This document shows, piece after piece, positions 10,019 to 20,266 of a stretch of DNA of 63,949 bases. The DNA is from Rubrivivax sp. (GTDB taxonomy: Bacteria; Pseudomonadota; Gammaproteobacteria; Burkholderiales; Burkholderiaceae_C). The stretch's first letter is position 1; each line of letters opens with the position of its first letter. The notes under the pieces were generated by a model. The model was not told the DNA's origin, searched no databases, and saw only the letters and a list, made by a program, of their open reading frames with translations. The DNA lies in NCBI GenBank assembly GCA_014859905.1, contig JACZKT010000370.1, forward strand, positions 1 through 63,949. Reading direction: 5' to 3'. Made by a program: the position numbers and the translations under genes.

Positions 10019-11115
10019 TGGCTACTGCACCCCCGGCACTACATCCTGACTTTGCTCGCTGGTGCAGCGCAGTGACCATAGGAGACTTGGCCGATCAGCG
10101 TCAGGCAAGATGGGTTGGTCTAACCAAAGTGCTGGCTAAGGCTGATCGCGAGACCATCGAGGCGCTGGCACGGCTTGCATTTGCAACCCGTCAGACGCCT
10201 TCGGCAGCCAGCCTGCAGGGGATCCGCCAGATGTTCAAGGACGCTGATGAGACGTTTCCGAGTGTCGGAAATGATCGAGAGATGCAGGTCCTGGCGGCTG
10301 CATGTCTTGCGGTTTTGGTTGGCGACATGGCGGCCGATGAAGCGCCGGCGGCGGCCCTCGTCGTTTGCACCACTTCGCTGGGAGGTGCGCGCAACCCGGA
10401 CCTTCCGATGGACCTGGCTTCGATCGGTCGGGCGGCCGTCAGGGCGCTTGGGGAGGTTCGGCGAAAGCGCCCCGACCTCGCAAGCCTGGCAAATCTCGCG
10501 TCACCCAAAGTTGACTTTGAGAAGTCAGCGGCCAAAGTCCGCGAGAACAATTGGGAGCCTGTGGCTCAGGCATTCCTTCTGGCAGCTACTTCGACGCAAA
10601 CAGCGCTGGGCGCTGTCGCCACTCGTAACGCGAATGCGATGCGAGTTCTGGACACCTATCTAAGGAGTCAAGACGAAGAGTTGCAGATGCTGTGGTGGCT
10701 GGTCGGCGAGCACTGCTATGTGCATGGCGTTGCGTTCGAGGAGGTGCCCGCGACCAACAGGCCGTTGATCTTCGCGGCATCTCTTGCTGACATGACCGAA
10801 GCATTGCCGGGGCCTGGTGCAGTCGCAGGAATCCTCGCTCGCGCCGGACTGCGTAGTCACGAGCCGCTGGAGGTTGCTGCGGCCGTGAACTCAGCGATGA
10901 CTTCGTGGCTGGAGCCCCTTGTCAAGGATCAGACTATTTCCCCGGTGTCGGCACCGCTCCACTTTGCGCTCGCTAGGCGCCTGGAGACCGGGGCGGGGGC
11001 TGATTGGATACGAGGTTGGGCGGCTACATGCGCTGTAGATGCGGATTTCGCCTTGCCGCCGTTGGCACTCGCTCAGCAGTTCTACTGTGAGCGCCTGTTG
11101 ATGCTGTTCGAGTGA
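10018..11115 (+). CDS. GTPase-associated system all-helical protein (GASH-like)
   Basis: All-helical; HPDFARW N-terminus, EELQMLWWL, LAQQFYCERLL C-terminus; sits between the phosphoesterase and paired GTPases. Confidence 0.7.
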   Translation: MATAPPALHPDFARWCSAVTIGDLADQRQARWVGLTKVLAKADRETIEALARLAFATRQTPSAASLQGIRQMFKDADETFPSVGNDREMQVLAAACLAVLVGDMAADEAPAAALVVCTTSLGGARNPDLPMDLASIGRAAVRALGEVRRKRPDLASLANLASPKVDFEKSAAKVRENNWEPVAQAFLLAATSTQTALGAVATRNANAMRVLDTYLRSQDEELQMLWWLVGEHCYVHGVAFEEVPATNRPLIFAASLADMTEALPGPGAVAGILARAGLRSHEPLEVAAAVNSAMTSWLEPLVKDQTISPVSAPLHFALARRLETGAGADWIRGWAATCAVDADFALPPLALAQQFYCERLLMLFE

Positions 11116-11118
11116 GCC

Positions 11119-12162
11119 ATGCCAGTCGATAGCGAAGCCGGGCCTGGCGTCTCACTCTGCGGCAACCCTGACTGCAAAGTCTCGGAGACCGGTCGCTGCG
11201 TAGAGGGGCATCAGCTGGATGTATGCACCCACTATGGGAGGCCGGCACCGCCCCAACCTTCTGTCGCGCAATCTCAGGCGGGACAAGGCGGAGTCATGGC
11301 TGTTCCACTTCCGTCCGGTCGGGCACTATCGGCGGCCGAAGCAACAACGGTTCTTCGCGATACCGACGCGCGCGTGGTCGCATTGGTCGGGCCCAGCGAC
11401 GCGGGGAAAACCAGCCTCGTGGCCTGCGTCTACGACCTATTCCAGCAGGGTCCACTCGGTGCGATCGGATTCTCCAGATCGAAGACGTTGCACTCGCTTG
11501 AAATCACTTGTCACGACGCGCGAATGGCCTCCCGTCGAGCAGAGCCTCACACAAATCGCACGCCGATTGGCGCGGTGAGCTTCTACCACCTTGAGTTGGT
11601 CGACACGAGGTCCGGGCAGCGAACGGCGCTGCTACTGGGTGATCGCGCCGGCGAAGAATACAGGGCCGCTGCGGATGACGTCCAATCGGTGGCCAGCTTG
11701 GTCGAAGTTAACCGCGCTGATGTCCTGACCATTCTGGTCGACGGCAAACGGCTGATCGACAACATCGCGCGCCACAACGTGCGCGTGGATGTCAGTATGA
11801 CGCTTCAGGCGCTTCAGGATGGCGGTGGCCTCACTTCACGGCCTCGTGTTGCGATGGTGCTTACGAAGCTTGATTTGGTCAAGGCGTCAGCCGTACAGGC
11901 GCGGGCCTTTCGGGACTTTGCTCGGATCGCGGCGCTGGTTCAGGAAACGTTCGGCGCGAACTTGGGTGAGGTGTCGACCTTTCAAGTCGCGGCCGCGCCG
12001 AGAAGGAGCGATGTCGATCGAGGGATTGGTGTCGATTCATTGATCGAGTATTGGATGCGTCCACGGCTGGCGCCAGTTGCTCGCATTGCCAAAGCATTGC
12101 TTCCGGACAGGATGTTCGCTCGACTGGCTCCTGGCAATGCCCCTTCCGGAGATGCGCTGTGA
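11119..12162 (+). CDS. TRAFAC-clade GTPase (double-GTPase type) with N-terminal Cys/His cluster
   Basis: G1 GPSDAGKT, G2 RT, G3 DRAGE, G4 TKLD; N-terminal CGNPDC...C...H...C. Confidence 0.8.
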   Translation: MPVDSEAGPGVSLCGNPDCKVSETGRCVEGHQLDVCTHYGRPAPPQPSVAQSQAGQGGVMAVPLPSGRALSAAEATTVLRDTDARVVALVGPSDAGKTSLVACVYDLFQQGPLGAIGFSRSKTLHSLEITCHDARMASRRAEPHTNRTPIGAVSFYHLELVDTRSGQRTALLLGDRAGEEYRAAADDVQSVASLVEVNRADVLTILVDGKRLIDNIARHNVRVDVSMTLQALQDGGGLTSRPRVAMVLTKLDLVKASAVQARAFRDFARIAALVQETFGANLGEVSTFQVAAAPRRSDVDRGIGVDSLIEYWMRPRLAPVARIAKALLPDRMFARLAPGNAPSGDAL

Positions 12163-13019
12163 GCGGCCTCGGCGTCGTCATCATCGGGCTGCCTGCCTCT
12201 GGCAAAACGACGTTCCTAGCCGCGCTTTGGCACTTGGTCACTGCCCGTGAGATCGAGCCGGCCTTGAGGCTTGCTGACCTCTGCGCTGGAGACGCAACCC
12301 ACCTGCACGCGATCGCGCGCAGGTGGCGCGAGGCGCGTGTCCAGGATCGAACCACCGTTGACCAGCACCGCATGGTTGCGATGAACTTGCTAGACAGATC
12401 TGGCGCAAAGGTTCACGTGACTTTTCCGGACGTCGCGGGCGAGGCCTACAGACGTATGTGGGAGGATCGCGAGTGCGATCCTGAGATTCGAGACGTGCTC
12501 AGCGTTAGCGGCGTTTTGCTGTTCGTTCACTCGGACACGATCGAGGCCCCACGTTGGATAGAAGATGAGATTGCGGTCGCACAGGCCATTGGGGTAGGAC
12601 TTCCGGAGGGAACGCCCTTGGAGTGGCAACCTGGCCATGCCCCGACTCAAGTGCAATTGGTAGATCTTCTCCAGATGCTGCGACAAGATCCTCTGAACGT
12701 CGGCCCCCGTAAGTTGGCCATCATGTTGTCGGCGTGGGACAAGGGGCAAGGAGAGGGCCTTGCTCCCGAGCCATTCTTGGTAGCCAAGCTGCCGCTATTG
12801 GCGCAGTACCTTCAGTCCGCTGCGGATGGCTGGTCCTTCCGGGTGTATGGCCTAAGCGCGCAGGGCGGTGACTACGATCAGGTTGACCTTGGCGGAGCCG
12901 AAGTGCCTGATGCTGAGCGGCTGCGTCAGCTCGACGCTGCGTCCCAACGAATTCGGTTGGTCCGCGGCACTGAAGCCTCGCACGATCTCACTGAACCGAT
13001 CGAATGGCTGATGAGCTAA
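12159..13019 (+). CDS. Second TRAFAC-clade GTPase
   Basis: G1 GLPASGKT, G3 DVAGE, variant G4 SAWD, G5 SAQG; GTGA overlap with the previous gene. Confidence 0.8.
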   Translation: MSGLGVVIIGLPASGKTTFLAALWHLVTAREIEPALRLADLCAGDATHLHAIARRWREARVQDRTTVDQHRMVAMNLLDRSGAKVHVTFPDVAGEAYRRMWEDRECDPEIRDVLSVSGVLLFVHSDTIEAPRWIEDEIAVAQAIGVGLPEGTPLEWQPGHAPTQVQLVDLLQMLRQDPLNVGPRKLAIMLSAWDKGQGEGLAPEPFLVAKLPLLAQYLQSAADGWSFRVYGLSAQGGDYDQVDLGGAEVPDAERLRQLDAASQRIRLVRGTEASHDLTEPIEWLMS

Positions 13020-15064
13020 CTCCGACGGGCGGCCTGATCCTCCACCAGGCACTGCACGGGTACTCAGACGGACATCGCCAGTTGGCCGTGTCGGTGGCGT
13101 TGACACCGCGGGATCAGAAGACTCTTCTGGCCCTGAGCGACACCTCGGGCGCTAGCGCGCGCGTCGGCGACTCCGGGTATCTGACTGGCTACCCGCTGTC
13201 TGAGTCGGGGTACTTCGCGCTTGCGCGCACCTGGCCGGCACCAGAGATGCAACGGCCAGGCTGCGTCTGGACTCACACTCTACTGATCGAATTCACTGAC
13301 TTGGCCAGCCTGCGGGATCTGCTCCCCCTTGCTTGGCTCTTCAGGCGCCCCGCGGGTTCAAATTCATACGGGGACTACGCAAAGCCCACACCGATGGGCG
13401 AGATGCCGGATGCGCCTGGGCCGGCATGTTTCGACTCATGGGCTCGACAAGTGCTGACGGCGCTATACGAGATGCCGAAGGCATCAGTGGTGGCTGCGAG
13501 TCCTGGCGGGGAGGTTGAGGCGCTCATCTTGGAGATTTGGTCGCAGCAGTGGCCCAGGCTACGGCGCAACTTTCGGTTTTGCACTTTTACAGACCGTCTC
13601 AGGATGGCGGACGGCATAGGGTTTGACCTACAACTCGTATCGGCTAGTGATCGCGGAGTGCGCAGCAGGTTCACTGACGCCGTACTTGCTGAGTCAGTTG
13701 CGAGTGTCTCTTCTTCTTGGCTCGACGACGCCATGGTTGACCTGGCTTCGCCAGACATCCGCGGCCTGCGCACCTTCTTCAAGACGCTGGGCTCCGATGT
13801 GAGCGGGGGACGCGAGTCATTCGCGTCACTTTGTCGGCTACACGGGGCGATTAGAGCGTTCGAAAACAACCCGAGATCGATTGGCGACGCAATAGCAGTC
13901 TTGCAGGGAGATATGGGATCTCAGCCCGCAGTGCTTGCCCGATCAATGGTGGCAAAGAGTGCGTTTGCGTGCGTCGAAATGCTGGACGACGCGGGCTACG
14001 AGTTCTTATGGAAGCACATTGACCATATCGACCTGAGGCTTGACGATGCGGCGACAAGCACCTTTTTCCGCACAGCCTGGCTCAGGAGTCCGCGCCGAAT
14101 TGCGGGTTTGCCGATGGGGAAGAGCGCTATCGCCTCTGCATTGAATCGTGTTTGGGACGACGCTGATGTCGCTACGCTTATCACTGGTATTTCTCTCGCA
14201 CCAGATTTTGCAGACAGAGTTGTTGCGCGACGGTCCGACTTGACGGGGCACAGCGCATTCTGGGAAATCGGTAGCGTGGGTGCGGGGCACTTGCAGTTCG
14301 CCCTAGGTGACGATGGCCGGCAATCCGCCGTTGCTGCCATGTATGTCGCGGGGCGCGGGGAACTAGCGATGGCTGCCGTTCGGGAATTCGGCGCCAGGAT
14401 AATTCTGGCAGCAATCGCCACCGCTGCAACTGAACCCGGACTACCGATCAGGCCTTGGATTGGTGCCGCGTGCACTGACCCAGGTGGCGTTGCGGCTTAC
14501 CTCGTGAGCGGGGACATTGTTCACCGGTGGCTGCTCTTGGCACTCGCGCACCAACAGGAGCCCGACGCGGTTCCCAATGAGGTTGGGGCGGACCCGTGGC
14601 TGTTGGCCTGGCAGCGGTCGCAAGGGAAGCTCGATGATGCTGGCGCTGTATTCATTTTCGCCTTTCTCCTTAGCCGTGCCCTCGGCCGGCATACGCGCTC
14701 TCCGGCGGAACTGGCGCTCATCGCGTTCGAGGCAACACACGATGCCGCGGCGCGTGGTGCCATTCCAGACGACGCCTGGGGATTACTCGAACGTCGACTC
14801 CCTCGGGCCAGCATCTGGTCCGATTGGGACCGCTGCAGGCAGATTAGGGAAGGCATCGTCGAGGCCTTCGTTGATAACCAATTGTCGCCGGCACAGTTTG
14901 CGTGCCTTACCGAGCGTATAAGCCTGTTCCGTCCTCTTGCCGAAACGGCGGCTGCAACCAGTCGAGGGCGAAAGTACCTGCGACTGGTCAAGCAGACTCT
15001 GGCCTCATCCCGTCATCGGAGTAGCGCCGAACGCCTTCGTGCTGTAGAGGCGGCGCTTGACTAG
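13004..15064 (+). CDS. GAP1-N1 domain protein (GTPase-associated protein 1)
   Basis: HQALHGYSDGHRQLA, YLTGYPL, ARTWPAPEMQRPGCVWTHTLLI, WSQQWPRLRRNFRFCT. Confidence 0.75.
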   Translation: MADELTPTGGLILHQALHGYSDGHRQLAVSVALTPRDQKTLLALSDTSGASARVGDSGYLTGYPLSESGYFALARTWPAPEMQRPGCVWTHTLLIEFTDLASLRDLLPLAWLFRRPAGSNSYGDYAKPTPMGEMPDAPGPACFDSWARQVLTALYEMPKASVVAASPGGEVEALILEIWSQQWPRLRRNFRFCTFTDRLRMADGIGFDLQLVSASDRGVRSRFTDAVLAESVASVSSSWLDDAMVDLASPDIRGLRTFFKTLGSDVSGGRESFASLCRLHGAIRAFENNPRSIGDAIAVLQGDMGSQPAVLARSMVAKSAFACVEMLDDAGYEFLWKHIDHIDLRLDDAATSTFFRTAWLRSPRRIAGLPMGKSAIASALNRVWDDADVATLITGISLAPDFADRVVARRSDLTGHSAFWEIGSVGAGHLQFALGDDGRQSAVAAMYVAGRGELAMAAVREFGARIILAAIATAATEPGLPIRPWIGAACTDPGGVAAYLVSGDIVHRWLLLALAHQQEPDAVPNEVGADPWLLAWQRSQGKLDDAGAVFIFAFLLSRALGRHTRSPAELALIAFEATHDAAARGAIPDDAWGLLERRLPRASIWSDWDRCRQIREGIVEAFVDNQLSPAQFACLTERISLFRPLAETAAATSRGRKYLRLVKQTLASSRHRSSAERLRAVEAALD

Positions 15065-15283
15065 GGACGCAGCTTGGCCGCGCCTGACGCGAAGGAGTCT
15101 CCAACAACTTTGCACGGAGTCAGCGGAGAGCCCAATCACCATACAGCGAAGGCGCCGTGCTGGTGATCGTTCGCAAGAACAGCCAGTATCCGAAAGCCAT
15201 GCAGCCTGCCCAGCTGCAAGTCCGCAGCTGGTGCCGACCGGGCCGGTGTTCAGCTGTCTCCCCGGCCTGCCGATTGTGCCAGC

Positions 15284-16168
15284 TTGAATACGCGCCTGCT
15301 TGACGATGCGGTGCTCGACCGCGTCTATGTCGACCTGGTGCGGCCGCTGTTGTTCGAAGACCTGTCGGCCAGCGCAGCGCCTGAGCTGATCATGGTGGGC
15401 GGCCAGCCCGGGGCTGGCAAGACGGCAGCGACGGTGCAGGCGGTGCGAGACCTGATGCGCCACGGCGGTGGCGTTGCGTACATCAATGGTGACGAGTTGC
15501 GCCCGTTTCACCCGCAGTACGCGGCGCTGGTGGCGGCGGACCGGAGCACGGCCGCCGACAAGACCGGCGCCGACGTGGGCCTGTGGGTCGAGCGCGCCAT
15601 TCGAGAGGCTGCCGCCGGGCGCTTTCATGCCGTCATCGAGACCACGATGCGCCAGCCCGAGGTCGTGCGTCGCACCGCCGAACAGTTCACGGCACAAGGC
15701 TTCGGGTTCGAGATGCGTGGCGTCGTCGTGGATCCCGAAGCCAGCCAGCTGGGAATCTACGAGCGATTCGCAACCGGCCTGGCTTCGCCGAGCGCGTTGC
15801 CGAGGTTCACGCTGCCGAGTTACCACGCCGATGCGTTGGCGCAGATGCCGAAGACGCTGGCGGGGGTGGTCAAGCTGGCCAAGGTCGTCCGCTTTGTCGA
15901 CCGCCAGGGGCGCGAGCTGTACTCGTCGCGGGCCTCGAAGGTGGCGCCGGTCAAAGCGCTTGAAGACCTTCGGCGGCAGCCGCTGCCGGATGGCGAGCGC
16001 CAGCGCATCGCAACGCAATGGGCCACGCTGGTTCAGCGGCTGGACCGTGACGGGGTGCCGGACATGGTTCGCCAGGGTGTGCGGTCCGAGCAGACGCGTT
16101 TCGTGGTGCTGCAGAAGCAGGGCAGGGCGACACCTTCGGGGCGGCCACAAGAAGGGCTGGATCGGTAG
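15284..16168 (+). CDS. Zeta toxin family P-loop kinase
   Basis: GGQPGAGKT, INGDELRPFHPQY, IETTMR; TTG start uncertain. Confidence 0.85.
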   Translation: MNTRLLDDAVLDRVYVDLVRPLLFEDLSASAAPELIMVGGQPGAGKTAATVQAVRDLMRHGGGVAYINGDELRPFHPQYAALVAADRSTAADKTGADVGLWVERAIREAAAGRFHAVIETTMRQPEVVRRTAEQFTAQGFGFEMRGVVVDPEASQLGIYERFATGLASPSALPRFTLPSYHADALAQMPKTLAGVVKLAKVVRFVDRQGRELYSSRASKVAPVKALEDLRRQPLPDGERQRIATQWATLVQRLDRDGVPDMVRQGVRSEQTRFVVLQKQGRATPSGRPQEGLDR

Positions 16169-16582
16169 AGCACAGGTCGTTCGACGAGGGCGTCAGAGCG
16201 GCTGCCATCGGGTGATCGGCAAGGCCCAGATCCAGGACGGTCCAAGTCTCGCCAGAGGCTTTTTCGCCAGTGCGAAAACCGGGATGCCCATTCCAGGCGC
16301 GCGCCGTCGCGCTTGGCCCCTGCGGGACTGCCGGCGCGCCGTCACCTTCCAGGCCACCCTAGCCCTACGCGCTTCGCTTGTCGCAAGACCCAGGTCGGTG
16401 GTGTGGTGGGGGTGTGGGTTGCTGTGTCGACCCACCGTATCACGTCGTTCTCGCCGTCAAGGTCTGCGTGAGCGCGTGGCGCTCCCTTGCGCCCTTCGGT
16501 CGTCTTCGAACCCTGACCGCTGCGCTGCGCCGTGAGGGATTCGGTCTCGGGCAATCCCGCCCGATCAAGACCGGAGTTCCTC

Positions 16583-17116
16583 ATGTCGCAGTCTTCATTC
16601 TCCTTCGCTGTCTCTTCCACGGAAGCCCGGTTCACGAACGCGCTGCTGGTCCGTGACGTCGATGGCCAGTACCGCGTGGCCAGTGCCGACGAAGTTCTCT
16701 CGCAGGCCTGGGGCGTGCTGGCGGAGCGCGTGAAGCCCGGCGTGACGCTATCGTCGCCGCAGGACGTGAAGGACTACCTGCGTCTGGCGATCGGCACGCT
16801 GGAGCACGAAGTCTTCTGCGTCGTCTTCCTGGACGCGCAGCATCGCGTCATCGAGCTGCAGCAGATGTTCCGGGGCACAGTGACGCAGACCTCGGTCTAT
16901 CCCCGCGAAGTTGTCAAGACGAGCCTGGCGCTCAACGCGGCAGCGGTCATCCTGGCGCACAACCATCCGTCGGGCGCAGCGGAGCCGAGCCGTGCCGACG
17001 AGTACCTGACGCAGACCCTGAAGACCGCTCTGCAGCTGGTCGACGTGCGCGTACTCGATCACCTGGTGGTCACCGCGAACGTAGTGGTCAGTTTCGCTGA
17101 GCGTGGTCTGCTCTGA
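16583..17116 (+). CDS. radC: RadC-family JAB/MPN protein
   Basis: [20 protein letters not shown]...PSRAD, VLDHLVV; GGAG RBS. Confidence 0.92.
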   Translation: MSQSSFSFAVSSTEARFTNALLVRDVDGQYRVASADEVLSQAWGVLAERVKPGVTLSSPQDVKDYLRLAIGTLEHEVFCVVFLDAQHRVIELQQMFRGTVTQTSVYPREVVKTSLALNAAAVILAHNHPSGAAEPSRADEYLTQTLKTALQLVDVRVLDHLVVTANVVVSFAERGLL

Positions 17117-17207
17117 CACGTTCGCATTGGGGCGGCCGCGGTGTCGCCCCTTCTTCTCTCGCCTGCGACTCGGGCGGTGGGCTGCCACCCACCAGGCCAA
17201 CCCAGAC

Positions 17208-17619
17208 CTGAAGTGCGCCGCTGCGCGGCGGTAGATCGCTCACCCTGCAGGTTCGCGCGTGTTGCCAGTGCTGTGGAAAGCCGGTCGTTGCGCCCGATGG
17301 CCCGCAGAGCGCGGTGGTCGATCTGCTCTTGTCGGTCCGTCCCTTGATCGACGCATAGCGCCAGCCATTCATGCCCCAAGGGTGAAGGCTGCGCCCACGT
17401 CCTCACCCGGTCTCTGCACTTCGCTTTGCTCTGCTTCGAGCTGCGGCTTGCGGGCGCGCCCTTGTGTCCTGCCTGGCTGTCGCTGTTCATGCGTCGGGAC
17501 GGCTCCGAAGAGCAGATTTTTCAACCACCGCAAAGGACACAGCCATGAGCGCAACGACCATCCACAGCACCCTTCATGCACAAACCAGCACCACCAAGGC
17601 GCGGTTCCTCGCCCCCGGG
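17208..17619 (+). repeat. Long leader repeat copy 2 (diverged)
   Basis: Shares GAAGTGCGCCG, GACGCATAGCG...CAAGGGTGAAGGCTG...GTCCTCACCCGGTCTCTGCAC...CCCTTGTGTCCTGCCTGGCTGTCGCTGTTCATGCGTCG...GCAGATTT..CAACCAC with copy 1. Confidence 0.8.
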
Positions 17620-19683
17620 ACTCACCAAAGAGCAGATGCCAAGGGCAAAGGGAAGGGGAAGGGTGTATCGACTGCGAAAGGGCCGACCAAGAGCACGACG
17701 AAGGGCCGAGCCACCGAGCCGGCATTGACCGTCGAAGACGAAGCATTCACGCTGGGCGACCTGGTGCTAATCCCGCTGTCCCGCCTGGTACCGTCCGCCT
17801 TCAACGTGCGCAAGTCTGGTGGTGAGGATGTCAGCGAACTGGCCGCACTCATCAAGGCCCAGGGCCTGCTGCAGAACCTCATCGTTCACCCCGACGAAAC
17901 CAAGCGCGGCAAGTCGACCGGGGACTATGGTGTCGCGGCGGGCGGCCGTCGCCTGCGTGCGCTGGTCCTGCTGGCCAAGGCCGGTGACATCCCGCTCGAC
18001 AACGACATTCTTTGCCGGCTGATCACGCGCGATGCCGCCATCGCCGCGAGCATGGCCGAGAACAGTGGCCGGGCTGTGATGAGCGTGGCCGATACCGTCA
18101 CGGCTTTCGCCGAGATGATCGCCGCAGGGGCCGGCGTGGAAGACGTGGCCGTGTGCTTCGGCATCACCCCGCTGACGGTGCAGCGCCGCTTGAAGCTGGC
18201 AAAGGTGTCGCCGGTGCTGTTCGAGTTGTTCCGGCAGGACAAGATCAACCTTGACCAGCTGATGGCGCTGGCGATCACCGACGACCACGCCGCGCAGGAG
18301 CGGGTTTGGAACTCGACGCCGTCCTACAACCGCAACCCCAGCGGCCTGCGCCGCTTGCTGCTCGGGCGCGAAATCGATGCGTCCACGGACCCCCTTGCCA
18401 AGTTCGTCGGCATCCCGGCCTACGAGGCAGCGGGCGGTGTCGTGGTGCGCGACCTGTTCGAGGATGCCGGTAGCGGCTACATCACCGACGCCGAACTGCT
18501 GCAGCGTCTGGCCATCGAACGACTGACCGAGCGGGCGCAAGTCTTCAAGGCCGAAGGCTGGGCATGGACAGAGGCGCGGACCTCTTTCGACCACTCGGAG
18601 CGGCAGGGCTTCGGGGTGGCAACGATGAAGCAGCGCGCGCCGACGCCGGAGCAACTAGCCGCGCGCGATACGCTGCTGGCCGCCAGGGAGGAAACCAACA
18701 ATGGCCTTGAAGACCTCTACGACGCCGAAGAGAGCGACGACGATCCCGGCTTCGATTCGGCAAAGGCGAGCGGGCTGGAAGCCGAAGTCGAGGCCATCGA
18801 CGCCAAGCTGGAAAAGCTGCGCCACGACCTGAGCGAGTGGTCCGCCGACATCCTGGCCTTTGCCGGTGTGGTGGTGGCACTCGACCGCAACGGCGAGGTG
18901 ATCGTGCATCGCGGCATGGTGAAGCCGGAAGACCGCAAGCAGGCGGCGAAGGCGGCAGCGTCCGGCGCACCTGGAACGAACGGGGCAACCAGCGACACAG
19001 GGGAGGGCGCCGAGCAACAAGCCAGCGCGAACCCCGAGAGCCTTGTTCGCAAGCTGACTTCCCACAAGACCAAGGCGCTGCAAGTGCTGATGTCGGACAA
19101 CACCCACGTTGCCCTGGCTGCGCTGGCGCACACGCTGGTGCAGCAGCTGGTGATCGGCTACGCGGGCGGCATGCACCGCACCGTGTCGGCGCTGAACCTG
19201 CGGGCCAATGACTGCGACAGCGCACTCAAGGGCGTGGCCGACGACATCGAGGCGTCGCGCGCGTGGGGCGAACTGGCGAACCGGCTGGACAACTGGCGCG
19301 AGCGCCTCCCGGGCGATGCGGATCGACTGCTGCCCTGGCTGATCGGTCAGCCGCAGGACACGCTGCTTGAACTGCTGGCGCTTTGCTCGGCGCTGTCCGT
19401 CAGCGCCATGAGCGGACGTGAGGCCGACACCACCGGCGACGCCCTGGCCGCTGCGGTGGGCCTGGACATGGCCGACTGGTGGACACCGACCGCTAGCAGC
19501 TATCTCGCGCAGGTGCCGAAGGCACGCATCGTCGAGGCGGTGACCGAGGCGGTATCCATCGAGAAGGCCGCACCGCTGGCCAAGCTCAAGAAGGGCGAGG
19601 CGGTTGCCGCTGCCGAGGCGCTGCTGCAGGGCACCCGCTGGCTTCCCTCGCCGCTTCGCGCTCGCGTCGGCAACACGGCCTGA
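17545..19683 (+). CDS. parB: Large ParB/Srx-domain protein (leading-region ParB-like)
   Basis: NVRK, GLLQNL, AGGRRLRAL, SMAEN, HTH; C-terminal LDMADWWTPT...LKKGE...WLPSPL is typical of plasmid ParB-like proteins. Confidence 0.88.
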   Translation: MSATTIHSTLHAQTSTTKARFLAPGTHQRADAKGKGKGKGVSTAKGPTKSTTKGRATEPALTVEDEAFTLGDLVLIPLSRLVPSAFNVRKSGGEDVSELAALIKAQGLLQNLIVHPDETKRGKSTGDYGVAAGGRRLRALVLLAKAGDIPLDNDILCRLITRDAAIAASMAENSGRAVMSVADTVTAFAEMIAAGAGVEDVAVCFGITPLTVQRRLKLAKVSPVLFELFRQDKINLDQLMALAITDDHAAQERVWNSTPSYNRNPSGLRRLLLGREIDASTDPLAKFVGIPAYEAAGGVVVRDLFEDAGSGYITDAELLQRLAIERLTERAQVFKAEGWAWTEARTSFDHSERQGFGVATMKQRAPTPEQLAARDTLLAAREETNNGLEDLYDAEESDDDPGFDSAKASGLEAEVEAIDAKLEKLRHDLSEWSADILAFAGVVVALDRNGEVIVHRGMVKPEDRKQAAKAAASGAPGTNGATSDTGEGAEQQASANPESLVRKLTSHKTKALQVLMSDNTHVALAALAHTLVQQLVIGYAGGMHRTVSALNLRANDCDSALKGVADDIEASRAWGELANRLDNWRERLPGDADRLLPWLIGQPQDTLLELLALCSALSVSAMSGREADTTGDALAAAVGLDMADWWTPTASSYLAQVPKARIVEAVTEAVSIEKAAPLAKLKKGEAVAAAEALLQGTRWLPSPLRARVGNTA

Positions 19684-19762
19684 CCTGACGACCCAACCCC
19701 GGCCGCTGTCCGCACACCAGCGGGTGACGGCCGTGCCGACCGAACACAACTGAAGGACTGCT

Positions 19763-20020
19763 ATGAAGATCGGTGAATTTCGCGAAGCGGTGGACTCCCT
19801 GAACTGGAACCGCCGCGACCTGTCCGGCGCGACGCGCCAGGAGTTCGTGGCGGTGGACGTACGGGCGCGCCTTGAGCGCCACATCGTCATCGTCACCGGT
19901 TTGCTGCCGCTGGTGCATGCACGGTTTGGGGACGACCTGGAGCGCGCGCGGTCGGCCATCGAGTCGGCGCAGGCCACCATCGTCCGCTGGGAAGGCTACC
20001 GGGCCGAGGCCCAGGCCTGA
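19763..20020 (+). CDS. Hypothetical protein (85 aa)
   Basis: AAGGA RBS; co-oriented downstream of parB. Confidence 0.55.
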   Translation: MKIGEFREAVDSLNWNRRDLSGATRQEFVAVDVRARLERHIVIVTGLLPLVHARFGDDLERARSAIESAQATIVRWEGYRAEAQA

Positions 20021-20035
20021 CCCAGCCAGGCGGGG

Positions 20036-20066
20036 CGCTCTCTTCGGGGCGCTGCCCCGAGGGCGC
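20036..20066 (+). repeat. 31-bp GC hairpin repeat copy 2
   Basis: Identical to 7976-8006. Confidence 0.75.
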
Positions 20067-20266
20067 TGGCCAGAGCCCCGGTGGCCAGCATCGTGGGCGC
20101 TGTGCGCCGGGGATGGGGATGGGGAGAGTCGCTCAAGCAGGGACGACTCGTGCCTGGTCGCCCACTCGCTGCACTCGGGTTGCCCATGCGCGAGACACCC
20201 CTTCGGCGCTGGCCTTAACCCCGCACGGCAAGCCCAGCGCGTTGCGCTCGGCTTCGGGCCTGCGCT

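Noticed and set aside
17545-19683. Canonical parABS partition locus
   Set aside because: No adjacent parA or parS repeats; the size and C-terminus fit leading-region ParB-like proteins.
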